DNA of 49,703 bases, taken from assembly GCA_041859005.1 (NCBI GenBank), contig JBHELA010000368.1, positions 1 through 49,703 of the forward strand. Direction: 5' to 3'. Under the pieces are notes generated by a model, which did no database searches, was not told where the DNA came from, and was given only the letters and a program-made list of their open reading frames with translations. Shown here in pieces: positions 7,501-17,408 of the stretch. The position numbers and the translations under genes are program-made. Origin of the DNA: Ignavibacteria bacterium. GTDB taxonomy: Bacteria > Bacteroidota > Ignavibacteria > Tepidaquicellales > Tepidaquicellaceae. Numbering within the stretch: the stretch's first letter is position 1; each line of letters starts with the position of its first letter.

Positions 7501-8583
7501 ATGGAAAACACAATACAAAAACCGGATAGTAATCGCGATAGAAGTCAGTATATTATATTCATTCCTTTTGTATTTGCATGTTTTTTACTCGCGTCTTATG
7601 TCTTGCTCGCAGGGCAGATTACTTTTCATAATAGTATTATCAATGAAGGTTTTACGGAGTACTTTCCTCATGCCACAAAGAGAAGCGATGCCGCTAAGAA
7701 AATTAATATACTTTCTGAAAACGACGTCTCAGTTGGACTGAAAGACACTGTTTACACAGAAAAAGACAGCTGGCTTGAACTCAGGATTGATCAGCAAATG
7801 CTGTATCAGCATTTCAGGGACGGACGCGTCGTTAAGTATGCAATTTCTACTGGTAATAAGTATTTAAGCAGAAGCGTAGAATCACGTCCCGGTCTCTTTG
7901 CTATCTTTCACAAAACAGAAAAGCATGAATCATCTCAGTACAACGGTGCAGAGATGTATTTCTTTATGCCGTTCAATCAGGGTATAGGTTTTCACTCTCT
8001 TAACGGAACAGGGTATTATGGAAACCTGGGCGTCAGACCTTCTTCACATGGATGCATCAGAATGAGACACGATGATGTTCGTAAAGTATTCAAGGATTCG
8101 CCGCTTGGTACTCTTGTTCTTGCTCATAACGGTAAAACAGCACGTACTGTTGGATTTGCACCTAAAGAATTCATAAGTGCAGATTCCATGTCAAAGGATG
8201 AAGAAAAACTTCTTATTGCTGAAAACCTTCAGAATATACTCGAAGGAAAATACTTTATTTCGGACAGGAAATTCTTTATCGTTAATCCGAAGACCATTCC
8301 GGTTTCGGGTATATATATCGGCTACGACGCAAAGCTACCTGACAAGCAAAAAACTTTAAAGAGTGTTTATTATTTTAAAAATCAGGATGACTGGCTAATG
8401 TCTATAAATTCAGGCGATATACTCGATAGTGCTAAATCTGCAGAATATCTTGCAGGCATGAATTATGATGACTATAAAATTAAAGATAGAAAACCGGATC
8501 AGGAACTTTCTTCTGCAGAATTAATTAAGAAATATTTCCATAACCCTATTGGAATTCTGCCGTATTTTCCGCCTGAGAATTGA
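7501..8583 (+). CDS. L,D-transpeptidase (YkuD) domain protein, N-terminal membrane anchor
   Basis: Catalytic-site motif SSHGCIRM preceded by GFHS...G. One N-terminal TM segment. Confidence 0.75.
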   Translation: MENTIQKPDSNRDRSQYIIFIPFVFACFLLASYVLLAGQITFHNSIINEGFTEYFPHATKRSDAAKKINILSENDVSVGLKDTVYTEKDSWLELRIDQQMLYQHFRDGRVVKYAISTGNKYLSRSVESRPGLFAIFHKTEKHESSQYNGAEMYFFMPFNQGIGFHSLNGTGYYGNLGVRPSSHGCIRMRHDDVRKVFKDSPLGTLVLAHNGKTARTVGFAPKEFISADSMSKDEEKLLIAENLQNILEGKYFISDRKFFIVNPKTIPVSGIYIGYDAKLPDKQKTLKSVYYFKNQDDWLMSINSGDILDSAKSAEYLAGMNYDDYKIKDRKPDQELSSAELIKKYFHNPIGILPYFPPEN

Positions 8584-8637
8584 AGAAATGTGCGTTATAT
8601 TTTATAAAAATGAATGTTCTTTATGCAGTAAAATGAT

Positions 8638-8645
8638 TATATTTG
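8638..8645 (+). promoter_or_regulatory. TATATTTG (-7-type promoter box) upstream of the tonB cluster
   Basis: Matches TAnnTTTG and lies 89 nt upstream of ATG 8734, which itself has a GGAGG Shine-Dalgarno sequence. This is a low-information motif in AT-rich DNA. Confidence 0.25.
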
Positions 8646-8733
8646 TAAACAGGGAACAATTTTTAATACTATAAGTTCAAAAATTAGAATATTTTAATTA
8701 TAATAAAACCTTTAAACAGCGGAGGTTATCAAA

Positions 8734-9648
8734 ATGACAGAAGAAAATAAAACACTAGAGGGCTACAAGGAGCCCATAGAACAAAGGATGCAGTACGGTG
8801 CACCCGAGTTAAAAAAGTTTGCAGCAAAATATGCTTCAAGAGGATTGATTTTTGCAATTATAATTCACGTTTTCCTGATTAGCTCGTACATCGTTACGAT
8901 TTACATCGAAAAGATTCAGGAAGAAAGACAGCTGCAGATAAAAAGAGATATTGAACTGAAAGATATTCAGACTCAGGAAAATGAAACACAAGAGGAAGAC
9001 GCACCTCCTCCTCCGGATGTTGAGGTTCAGCAGCCTGAAGCACTTAAAGACCTTGCTGCTTTAACTCCCGAGCCGGTAGCAAAGGAAAAAGCTGACCTTG
9101 AAACAATTAAGAAGGTTGATGAAACTGAAAAGATTAAAGCATTCGTCTCTTCTGAAGGTAGCGAAAACGTTGACCCTAACAAAGAAACTGGAAAAATTCA
9201 GGTCGATATAAAGAAGACAGAAGAAGTTGAAAAGAAAGAAGAAAAGAAAGAAAAGAACAAGACTTACCAGCAGTTTGAAGTCGATAAACCTCCTGTAGCT
9301 GTTAATCTGGGTGCAGTAAAAGGTTCAATGAGATATCCTGAAATTGCACGTTCAAGCGGTATTGAAGGAAAAGTAACAGTAAAAGTTCTGGTTGGACCCG
9401 ACGGCTCAGTAGTTTCTGTTGGTGGTTTCAGCGGACCCGATGTATTCAGGGATGAAGTTACTTCAAAGGTCATGAACCTTCAGTTTACTCCTGCTTTGCA
9501 GCAGGGTGCTCCTGTTAGATGCTGGGTTAGTGTTCCGTTCAGCTTTACTCTAACAGGTAAATTCAAAAAAGATTCTGGCGACGAAGAAAAGAAGGAAGAA
9601 AAGAAGGAAGAAAAGAAAGAAGAGAAGAAAGAAGATCCTAAAGAATAA
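8734..9648 (+). CDS. tonB: TonB-family energy transducer with E/K-rich linker and (EEKK)n C-terminal tail
   Basis: N-terminal TM anchor. The TonB C-terminal domain motif is YPEIARSSGIEGKVTVKVLVGPDGSV. The short PPPP is flanked by acidic/lysine-rich low-complexity sequence. Confidence 0.8.
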   Translation: MTEENKTLEGYKEPIEQRMQYGAPELKKFAAKYASRGLIFAIIIHVFLISSYIVTIYIEKIQEERQLQIKRDIELKDIQTQENETQEEDAPPPPDVEVQQPEALKDLAALTPEPVAKEKADLETIKKVDETEKIKAFVSSEGSENVDPNKETGKIQVDIKKTEEVEKKEEKKEKNKTYQQFEVDKPPVAVNLGAVKGSMRYPEIARSSGIEGKVTVKVLVGPDGSVVSVGGFSGPDVFRDEVTSKVMNLQFTPALQQGAPVRCWVSVPFSFTLTGKFKKDSGDEEKKEEKKEEKKEEKKEDPKE

Positions 9649-9665
9649 AATTAATTCTTCCGGTG

Positions 9666-9920
9666 ATGAATAGTGCGATGTACATAAACATCTTTACAGC
9701 TATTGTAGGTGTAGTTATGGGTGTTCTATTGTTTAGCGGTTTATTGTTTGAAAATATGGACCTTACTAAAAGAATGATTTTTGGTACAATATTTATGGGT
9801 TACGGGATTTACAGATACATTTATGTGCAAAGCAAAAGAAATCAGATGAAAAGGGAAAGAGAGATCGAAAGAATTAAAAGAGCACAAGAAGATTTAATAA
9901 AGAATCAACACAAAGATTAA
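9666..9920 (+). CDS. Small two-TM membrane protein
   Basis: Two hydrophobic helices followed by a charged tail (KRNQMKREREIERIKRAQ). Conserved position between tonB and the PstS-like gene. Confidence 0.5.
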   Translation: MNSAMYINIFTAIVGVVMGVLLFSGLLFENMDLTKRMIFGTIFMGYGIYRYIYVQSKRNQMKREREIERIKRAQEDLIKNQHKD

Positions 9921-9926
9921 TACCAA

Positions 9927-9949
9927 ACAGGCGGCTAAATGTCGCCTGT
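9927..9949 (+). terminator. Candidate hairpin (acaggcg-N9-cgcctgt)
   Basis: 7-bp stem directly after the small membrane protein gene, with a poor T-tract. Confidence 0.35.
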
Positions 9950-9975
9950 ATTATATATATCAATATATATCAATT

Positions 9976-10947
9976 ATGAAACTCAATTCCATAATATATT
10001 TTGCAGTGTTTCTGCTTTTATATTCTTTAGGTATAAGCGGATGCGATTTTAAGGAGATTAAATCCAAAGCAACTATAGGCGAACTTTTAATAGAAGCAGA
10101 TGAAAATATTGAACCTGTTCTGCCTTACCTTAAGAGCGAATTCGAACGCCTGAACCCTGAAGCAAAAATCACTTATTCTTCAAAACCAACTAAAGTAGCC
10201 ATTGCCGACCTCATTAACAAAGAGATCAAACTTATAATGGTCGCGTCGGAATTAAATGATGACGAGCTTAGGATTCTCAAAGAAAACAAAATGGAGTTTC
10301 AAAAACAGGAAATAGCAACTGATGCTATAGCTTTTATAGTTAATCAAAGCAATCCTGTTCTCAGAGTAACTTCCGAAGACCTTAAAAATATATTTACAGG
10401 AAAATACGAACAATGGTCGCAGATTAAAGCTCCTGATGATGAACAAAACAACGAAGTTCTGTCTAATATGAAGGGTAATGACAACAAAATTAAGGTATTC
10501 ATACAGAGACCGAATTCAGCCACATATTCATACGTTAAAGATACTCTTCTCGCAGGTATGGAATATTTAAAGTCTGCGGTTATTTGCTCAACCAGCGTTC
10601 AGATGCTTGAAATGATTAGAAGCACAAAGAACGGTATTGGTATCTCAAACCTCGCGTGGCTTTCATTGGGAAACCAGGATTCGCTCGATACTTCAGTAAA
10701 GACACTCAGGATATCGAGAATCTATGCAGGCGGCAAGCAGGATGACTATGCTCAGCTTCATCAGGGACTTGTGTTCACTAAAAAATATCCGTACACCCGA
10801 AAGATATGGGCTTATACAACAGTTCTTGACATTCAGCTATCTACAGGCTGGATTACGTTTTTACGGAACAAAGACGGACAAAAAGTGTTTCTAGAGAGGG
10901 GACTGGTTCCCGTTTCACAACCGGTAAAGGTTATACAATTAGATTAA
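9976..10947 (+). CDS. PstS-like periplasmic substrate-binding lipoprotein (PBP_like_2)
   Basis: Lipobox LGISGC. The motif DAIAFIVNQSNPV...SEDLKNIFTGKYEQWSQI is typical of the phosphate-binding protein family. Confidence 0.7.
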   Translation: MKLNSIIYFAVFLLLYSLGISGCDFKEIKSKATIGELLIEADENIEPVLPYLKSEFERLNPEAKITYSSKPTKVAIADLINKEIKLIMVASELNDDELRILKENKMEFQKQEIATDAIAFIVNQSNPVLRVTSEDLKNIFTGKYEQWSQIKAPDDEQNNEVLSNMKGNDNKIKVFIQRPNSATYSYVKDTLLAGMEYLKSAVICSTSVQMLEMIRSTKNGIGISNLAWLSLGNQDSLDTSVKTLRISRIYAGGKQDDYAQLHQGLVFTKKYPYTRKIWAYTTVLDIQLSTGWITFLRNKDGQKVFLERGLVPVSQPVKVIQLD

Positions 10948-10965
10948 ATTAAAGTATAAAAAACC

Positions 10966-12471
10966 ATGAATAAGATTAAAATTTCAATTCTATCGATTTG
11001 TTTATTAGTGCTGTTCGCAGTGACTGCACATGCACAGAATGATTTGCAAAAAGGCAGGGATGCGATTAACAGAGGTGATTACGTTAAAGCAGTTGATATC
11101 CTCAGCAAGGTAGTTGCTACTGATAAGGATTACGATGCTTATTATCTCTATGGACTCGCTCTCTACAAAACCGGTTCTTTAGCAAAAGCTGAAGACAATC
11201 TAAAAAAAGCACTGAATCAGGATGATGAAGGTATTGGTGCCATGATAACTCTTGGAAATCTATACAGTTCCCAGAAGAAATATACTGAAGCAAACAACTT
11301 ATTCAAGAAGGGTTTAAAAATTGAACCCGATAATATCAATCTCATGATTGCGCAATCTGATAATTTTTCAGCTCAGGAAAAGATTGACGATGCGATTAAG
11401 GTTTTAACTCTTGCAACAACTATAAGCAAAGAAAATCCGAATGTTTATGTCGGACTCGGAGATGCTTACAGAATAAGAGGCTCGTTTAAACTTGCAGCAG
11501 ATTATTACAAGAAAGCAATTGCATTGAAGAAAATCCCTGAAGCCTATACAGGACTCGGAGAATCTTTTGCAAGGCAGAGAAAGTACAATGAAGCTCTCGT
11601 TGAATTTAATAATGCAATTAACGTTGACCCGAATTATGCTCCTGCTTATTTTGGTAAAGGAAGAATCCTTTATTTCGGCGGGCAGTTCGGGGATGCACTC
11701 GAAGCATTCAAAAAGTACAGCGAACTTATGCCGGGTTCTCAGGAAGGTAATTCATACTTCGCTAAAGTACTTTATGCTCAGGGTGTTTACTATTCCGACA
11801 GAAACCAGAATGAACAGGCAAATGAAAAATTCAATGAAGCCCTAAAGATTCTTGAAGATGTCTTAAAGAATGATCCAAATTCTTCAACAGGTAATTTATA
11901 CACTGCATATATATATGCTGAAAAAGCAGAGATTGACGAAGTTAATAAAACAGATTTCCTGAATAAGGCTGTTGAATACTTCGCTAAAGTTGAAATAAAG
12001 AATTATGATGAAGAGGACCTGCAGGTGCTCGCTAAGGTGAATTCAAGCCTGCTGAAATATGATGAAGCCGAGAAATACTATAGAATGGCTCTTCAAAAAG
12101 ACAGCTTAGATTATGATACTTATTATGAATGGGGTAAATCTCTCTATAAAGCGGAAAAGTATGAAGAAGCTATTGTTAAATTCCAGAAAAGTATAGATCT
12201 GGGTAATCCAAATCCATTCGCAACTCTGTATAAAGGATTCTGCTATTACTCACAGAAGCAATATCTTGAAGCAGTACCGTATTTCCAGAAAGTAATAGAC
12301 GCAGACCAGAAGTTTGTTCTTGCGCTTGAGTTTCTTGCTCGTGCATACAGGTTTGGTAACAAAGACCAGGAATCAATCGAAACATACGAAAAAATCTTGC
12401 AGTTAGAACCCGAAAACAAAGAAGCTGCAGATATGATAAAAGCTTTGAAAGCTAAAATTGGCAAGCAATAA
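10966..12471 (+). CDS. Secreted TPR-repeat protein
   Basis: Signal peptide (...AVTAHAQ). Many 34-aa A-x-x-x-Y/F-x-K-A-L..P repeats. Confidence 0.8.
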   Translation: MNKIKISILSICLLVLFAVTAHAQNDLQKGRDAINRGDYVKAVDILSKVVATDKDYDAYYLYGLALYKTGSLAKAEDNLKKALNQDDEGIGAMITLGNLYSSQKKYTEANNLFKKGLKIEPDNINLMIAQSDNFSAQEKIDDAIKVLTLATTISKENPNVYVGLGDAYRIRGSFKLAADYYKKAIALKKIPEAYTGLGESFARQRKYNEALVEFNNAINVDPNYAPAYFGKGRILYFGGQFGDALEAFKKYSELMPGSQEGNSYFAKVLYAQGVYYSDRNQNEQANEKFNEALKILEDVLKNDPNSSTGNLYTAYIYAEKAEIDEVNKTDFLNKAVEYFAKVEIKNYDEEDLQVLAKVNSSLLKYDEAEKYYRMALQKDSLDYDTYYEWGKSLYKAEKYEEAIVKFQKSIDLGNPNPFATLYKGFCYYSQKQYLEAVPYFQKVIDADQKFVLALEFLARAYRFGNKDQESIETYEKILQLEPENKEAADMIKALKAKIGKQ

Positions 12472-12502
12472 CATTTATTTTTGTTAAACTTTTATTTATA
12501 AT

Positions 12503-12537
12503 ATGCGGTTAGTAAGTTTATTAACCGCATAATTTTT
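12503..12537 (+). terminator. Rho-independent terminator
   Basis: atgcggtta-N10-taaccgcat stem followed by aattttt. Confidence 0.55.
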
Positions 12538-12542
12538 ATTAC

Positions 12543-13913
12543 ATGGAAAAAATAATAAAGTACATCGAATCGAATAAAGACAGGTATCTTGATGAATTAA
12601 AGGATTTCTTAAGCATACCATCAATAAGCAATGAAGAAGCACACAAAGATGATGTGAAAAAAGCTTGTTCCTGGCTTGAAAGTCATCTAAAAGGTATAGG
12701 CCTTGATAATGTTACGGTATATCAGACTGAAGGGCATCCAATAGTTTATGCTGACTGCCTGAAAGCCGGAAATGATAAACCAACTGTTCTGGTTTACGGT
12801 CATTATGATGTTCAGCCTGTTGACCCCCTTGAATTATGGACTAATCCTCCTTTCGAACCTACAGTAAAAGGGAATAAAATTTACGCCAGAGGCTCAGCTG
12901 ATGATAAAGGACAGATATTTATTCATATAAAGAGTATAGAAGCTCACCTTAAGAATAACGGCAAGTTACCAATTAACCTAAAAGTGATTTTTGAAGGCGA
13001 GGAAGAAATTGGCAGCGTAAATCTTTACAAGTTTCTTGAAAAGCAAAAAGACCTTTTGAAAGCAGATTATGTCGTGATTTCTGATACATCTATGTATAAA
13101 GATAATATGCCTTCAATTTGTTACGGTCTTAGGGGACTTTGTTTTATGCAGATTGATGTTACTGGACCTAACAGAGACCTACATTCAGGGACTTTTGGTG
13201 GCGGTGTACACAATCCAATTAATGCACTTGCTGATATTATAACTCAGCTTAAAGATAAGAAGAACAGAGTTTTAATTGACGGATTTTATGACGATGTTGT
13301 AGCTCTCACACAAAAAGAAAGGGATGAATTCAAAAGGCTGCCTTTTGATGAGAAAAAGTATAAAATGGACCTTGAAGTGGAAGAACTGCTCGGAGAAGAG
13401 GGATACACAACTATAGAAAGAGTCTCTGCAAGACCGACACTCGATTGTAACGGTATCTGGGGTGGTTATCAGGGGCAGGGTGCAAAGACTGTTTTGCCTT
13501 CTGTTGCCGGAGCTAAGGTCTCAATGAGATTAGTCCCAAATCAGGATCCGGACAAAGTTGCAGAGCTTTTTGAAAAGTATGTTATGAAGATAGCGCCTAA
13601 ATCGGTAAAGGTAAAGGTTACCTCCCTGCATGGTGGAAAGCCTTCAGTTACAGCTATTGATACTCCTGCAATTAAAGCAGCTGTTAAGGCGCTGAAAGAT
13701 GCGTTTGGAGTTGACCCGGTATTCTTCAAGGAAGGCGGTTCTATTCCGATTGTCAATTCCTTTAATGAAGTTCTTGGAGCTGATGCTATTCTGCTTGGAT
13801 TCGGACTTCCTGACGATAATATTCATTCACCTAACGAGAAATTTGACCTTAACAATTTTTATAAAGGAATAAGCACTGTTGCTTATTATTATGACGAACT
13901 ATCTAAAATATAA
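12543..13913 (+). CDS. M20-family dipeptidase / metallo-hydrolase
   Basis: Motifs GHYDVQP, RGSADDKG and EGEEEIGS are typical of peptidase M20 zinc ligands. Length 456 aa. Confidence 0.8.
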   Translation: MEKIIKYIESNKDRYLDELKDFLSIPSISNEEAHKDDVKKACSWLESHLKGIGLDNVTVYQTEGHPIVYADCLKAGNDKPTVLVYGHYDVQPVDPLELWTNPPFEPTVKGNKIYARGSADDKGQIFIHIKSIEAHLKNNGKLPINLKVIFEGEEEIGSVNLYKFLEKQKDLLKADYVVISDTSMYKDNMPSICYGLRGLCFMQIDVTGPNRDLHSGTFGGGVHNPINALADIITQLKDKKNRVLIDGFYDDVVALTQKERDEFKRLPFDEKKYKMDLEVEELLGEEGYTTIERVSARPTLDCNGIWGGYQGQGAKTVLPSVAGAKVSMRLVPNQDPDKVAELFEKYVMKIAPKSVKVKVTSLHGGKPSVTAIDTPAIKAAVKALKDAFGVDPVFFKEGGSIPIVNSFNEVLGADAILLGFGLPDDNIHSPNEKFDLNNFYKGISTVAYYYDELSKI

Positions 13914-13918
13914 TTAAT

Positions 13919-14212
13919 ATGGCTAAAGTTGTAAAATCAAAGAAAACCAAGCACGCTGAAACATTCCATTTGTCACTGACAAACAGGAATTATGCTATAA
14001 TCGGAACAGGAATACTCCTGATTATAATCGGTTATTTTTTCATGGCAGAGAATTCAGTAGATGGTTTTCTTCCTACTGTAATTGCACCAATTCTTCTGGT
14101 TTTAGGATATATTGTGATAGTTCCTTTTGGAATCCTATTCAAGGATAAATCTTCAAAAACAGAAGAAGCGAAAGTATCCGCAGAAGGAACAATTAACGTA
14201 AAAACAAAGTAA
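13919..14212 (+). CDS. Small two-TM membrane protein (DUF3098-like)
   Basis: Basic N-terminus, NY..IG.GILLIIIGYFFM, then a second TM segment. The family assignment is from memory. Confidence 0.55.
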   Translation: MAKVVKSKKTKHAETFHLSLTNRNYAIIGTGILLIIIGYFFMAENSVDGFLPTVIAPILLVLGYIVIVPFGILFKDKSSKTEEAKVSAEGTINVKTK

Positions 14213-14222
14213 GATTAAGAGA

Positions 14223-14568
14223 GGGAATGCAACGGCTTCGACGGAATGCACAGAAGGTTGAAACAGCATTCAGTGTTCCCGGCAGACACTTTAAACGGCT
14301 GGAAAAAAATAAACGCAGAAAATAACTACGCTTTAGCCGCTTAATTGCAGCTAAACATCATCATCACCCGCTTCCTGTCCGGGAATGAATGATGCCGACT
14401 GATGGGATGGACATAAATAACGCCTGATAGTTTGTGTCGAGATTAATCGGGATAGGGATGAGTGGTTTGTTTGTTTAGACACGATTCCTGAAAACTAAAA
14501 ACAAACTAAGTTTGTAGATGTTTCAATGGTCTGCTTTTCGGACCCGGGTTCGACTCCCGGCATTTCCA
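14223..14568 (+). ncRNA. ssrA: tmRNA (SsrA), tag ...AENNYALAA
   Basis: The 5' GGGAATG pairs with the 3' CATTTCC, including a G3:U wobble, followed by discriminator A. UUCGACGG lies near the 5' end and the T-arm is GGGTTCGACTCCC. The tag ORF GCAGAAAATAACTACGCTTTAGCCGCTTAA sits at 14315-14344. The 3' CCA is not genome-encoded. Confidence 0.9.
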
Positions 14569-14575
14569 CAAGAAT

Positions 14576-14604
14576 AAAAAAGGGGATTTACATCCCCTTT
14601 TTTA
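14576..14604. terminator. Bidirectional terminator between ssrA and yidC
   Basis: aaaaaggggat-ttac-atccccttttt. A perfect stem with A/T tracts on both sides. Confidence 0.65.
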
Positions 14605-14615
14605 TTATCAATAAT

Positions 14616-16466
14616 TTATCTTTTTCTTCTTTTGCTCATTTCCTTTTGCTGTTGCTGCATCCTATCCATGAATTTTGCAATAATACCAGGTTTTGTTGGT
14701 TTCTTAATTTCATCCTCTTTAGGAGGACGAATTTTTGTTGTGTAATATTGCTGTCCTATCGAGAGCAGATTAAACATGAAATAGTAAAGGTTTAATCCTG
14801 ATGGGAAACTAAAGAATAGTAGCGTCATCATTATCGGCATTATATAAACAAGGCTTTTCTGTTTAGGGTCGGTAACTGTCATTTTCTGCTGTATGAACAT
14901 CGTGATACCCATCAGTGTTGCAAGTCCTGAAACCTGGTCTATTCCAAACAATGGAATCTTAAACGGCAAATGGAATAAAACGTCAGGTGCAGACAGGTCT
15001 GTTATCCACCATATAAATGATGCCTGCCTTAACTCAATCGTTGACTGAAATACTCCGAAGAGGGCATACAGTATCGGAAGCTGCAACAGCATTGGCAGAC
15101 AGCCGCCCATAGGATTTATACCTTCCTCCTTGTAGAGTTTCATTATCATAGAATTCATCTTCGTTGGATCATCTTTATACTTTTCACGGATTTCGGTCAT
15201 CTTTGGATTCAGTGTTGACATCTTTCTCATTGAGGTCATCTGCTTCTTTGTCAATGGATTCAGTACAATCTTAAGCACTATGGCAAAAACAATAATTACC
15301 ACACCCCAGTTTGGTATAAATAAATGAAGAAAATTAAAGAATGGAATTATTGCATACTGAGCTATTGGTCTGACGAGCCAGTCCAGAGAGAATCTCATGG
15401 TCTTTTCAAGCTCCATGTTGTATGCTTTTAGAATCTTGTAATCAACAGGTGATAGTAGTACTTTAAATGTGGCTTTCTCGTATGCATCGTTCTTAATATC
15501 CATCTTAACAGCAACGGAGAACAAGTTCTTCTGACCTTCATCAGGCAGATGCATTTTATTTCCTGTAATGTACGCTCCGTCTCCTTTTCTCGAGAAGGGA
15601 ATTATAAAGACACCAAAATATTTATTTCTTGTAGCAACATAATCTGTATTTCCGTTTGCGTCAAATTTGTCATCTTTGTTGTAATCAGAAGGCATCATCT
15701 CTTCAAGTTCTCCGCCCATGTAAGAATATGCCGCAGAAAATCTTGCTTCTTCATCGCTTCTGAATTCTGTCAGATTCAGAGAAGATCCCCAGACTACTTG
15801 ATATTTATTGTCGGCAATAAATTTCGATGGATTACTGAATTCATAATCGACTATGAATTCATAAGAATCAGGTTTGAATGTGTATGTCTTTACTATTTTC
15901 TGTGATGAATCTTTATCAATATTAAGAGTATATTTGAGTACAAAATTTATATCTCCTGTAAGTTTGATATTTTGAGATGTATAATCTGACTGAGTGAAAA
16001 TTAGGTCTTTAGTGTTGATTGTCTGGCCTTCTTTAGAAGTGAACATAAGGTTCAATTCTCTTTCTTTTTTCCAGTCAACAAGTTGAACTTCTTTTCCGTC
16101 CCATGTTTTGAATTCCTTCATGTAAGCTTTCAGAAGCGCCCCGCCAAAATTTGTAAATTCAAATCTGTATTTATCATTTTCAACCGTAAATATTCTTTCT
16201 TTGGCTGATAAAGAGTCTTTTGCGTATACTATAGAGTTTCTGGCAAATGTGTTCCCATAATTAGTGGAATATTCGCTGACTGCTGTTGTATCTTTTTTAG
16301 TAACAACTGTTGAATCAGTGCTTACTTTTGATTTACCCGAATCCTGTACATTCTCAACATTTTGGTTGGGTGGTGTTTGAGGTTTCTGGTTTTTCGAAGT
16401 CCACATCATCCAGGCAATAAGAATGACACCTATTACGACAAAACCGATTATAGATTTTTTATCCAT
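14616..16466 (-). CDS. yidC: Membrane protein insertase YidC
   Basis: Long periplasmic domain plus the C-terminal 60-kDa insertase core (MRKMSTLNPKM..IREKYKDDP...GGCLPMLLQLPI). Sits in the canonical rnpA-yidD-yidC context. Confidence 0.92.
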   Translation of the reverse strand: MDKKSIIGFVVIGVILIAWMMWTSKNQKPQTPPNQNVENVQDSGKSKVSTDSTVVTKKDTTAVSEYSTNYGNTFARNSIVYAKDSLSAKERIFTVENDKYRFEFTNFGGALLKAYMKEFKTWDGKEVQLVDWKKERELNLMFTSKEGQTINTKDLIFTQSDYTSQNIKLTGDINFVLKYTLNIDKDSSQKIVKTYTFKPDSYEFIVDYEFSNPSKFIADNKYQVVWGSSLNLTEFRSDEEARFSAAYSYMGGELEEMMPSDYNKDDKFDANGNTDYVATRNKYFGVFIIPFSRKGDGAYITGNKMHLPDEGQKNLFSVAVKMDIKNDAYEKATFKVLLSPVDYKILKAYNMELEKTMRFSLDWLVRPIAQYAIIPFFNFLHLFIPNWGVVIIVFAIVLKIVLNPLTKKQMTSMRKMSTLNPKMTEIREKYKDDPTKMNSMIMKLYKEEGINPMGGCLPMLLQLPILYALFGVFQSTIELRQASFIWWITDLSAPDVLFHLPFKIPLFGIDQVSGLATLMGITMFIQQKMTVTDPKQKSLVYIMPIMMTLLFFSFPSGLNLYYFMFNLLSIGQQYYTTKIRPPKEDEIKKPTKPGIIAKFMDRMQQQQKEMSKRRKR

Positions 16467-16726
16467 TAATTATTATACTTATTATTTTTATTAAATTTAA
16501 AAATATTGCTTCCTTTCTCGGGGACATTATCAATTCCTCCTTCAAACAGGGGATTGCATTTTAATATCCTCTTAATTCCGAGATAGTTTCCTTTAAAAAA
16601 TCCATGCACCTTCAGAGCCTCAATATAATAATTGGAGCAAGTTGGGTAAAATCTGCAGGATGGAGGAATCAATGGTGAAATAACGTATTGGTAAATCTTT
16701 ATTATACCTATCATAATATATTTCAT
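16466..16726 (-). CDS. yidD: Membrane protein insertion efficiency factor YidD
   Basis: YQ..ISPL....[10 protein letters not shown] motif. Overlaps rnpA by 4 nt and yidC by 1 nt. Confidence 0.85.
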   Translation of the reverse strand: MKYIMIGIIKIYQYVISPLIPPSCRFYPTCSNYYIEALKVHGFFKGNYLGIKRILKCNPLFEGGIDNVPEKGSNIFKFNKNNKYNN

Positions 16727-17139
16727 GTTTGAGCGTAACCTTTGTTAATAGTGTCGAATAGACTCCTCATATTTTCTGTGAAAAGAATAAAACCGGTTTT
16801 GTAGAGCAAATTTATTGAATTTCCTCCCGATTCACTAACCGTAAAAATTATCTTAGTATTTTCTTTAATCAATAATTTGTGCTTTTCATTTCTGTAAGCT
16901 TCTTTGATAAGCCTTTTTATTCTGTTTCTGACGAATGCTTTCCTTGCTTTTCTTTTGGAAACAGTAAAGCCCACTTTTAGTGATTGTGGGCTTAATAAAT
17001 CATTATCAAACTGTAAATAGCATTTTAAATATCCGCTTTCTATAACCTTAGATCTTGTGAAAATCTTCTTAAACGAATCGTATCCTCTTATAATTTCATT
17101 TTTCCCTAAACTACGATCAAATTCCGTATCGTAAGACAT
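16723..17139 (-). CDS. rnpA: Ribonuclease P protein component
   Basis: Basic RNR-type motif [22 protein letters not shown]. Lies immediately downstream of rpmH. Confidence 0.85.
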   Translation of the reverse strand: MSYDTEFDRSLGKNEIIRGYDSFKKIFTRSKVIESGYLKCYLQFDNDLLSPQSLKVGFTVSKRKARKAFVRNRIKRLIKEAYRNEKHKLLIKENTKIIFTVSESGGNSINLLYKTGFILFTENMRSLFDTINKGYAQT

Positions 17140-17155
17140 TAATTAAGATAAAATA

Positions 17156-17308
17156 CTATCTTGTGAATTCGTCGCTGACAGTAAGTTTCTTTCTGCCTTT
17201 AGCTCTTCTGCTGGCAAGCACTTTTCTGCCATTCTTAGTTGCCATTCTCTCACGAAAACCGTGTTTATTCTTTCTCTTTGTGTTGCTCGGTTGATAAGTC
17301 CTCTTCAT
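17156..17308 (-). CDS. rpmH: 50S ribosomal protein L34
   Basis: Hand translation of the minus strand gives [50 protein letters not shown] (50 aa). It is too short for the supplied ORF track. Confidence 0.9.
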   Translation of the reverse strand: MKRTYQPSNTKRKNKHGFRERMATKNGRKVLASRRAKGRKKLTVSDEFTR

Positions 17309-17408
17309 TATTAGTTGTATTTATTAAAAATTCAAAAAGTGTAAAATAACCTTATTTTTCAGTATATTCAAGGTATTATTCCTTTAAAATTCAGACCTCA
17401 AACCTGAA

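Noticed and set aside
17140-17408. oriC near the rpmH-rnpA-yidD-yidC cluster
   Set aside because: There is no dnaA gene in the window, and I found no TTATCCACA-type DnaA boxes in the flanking gaps.
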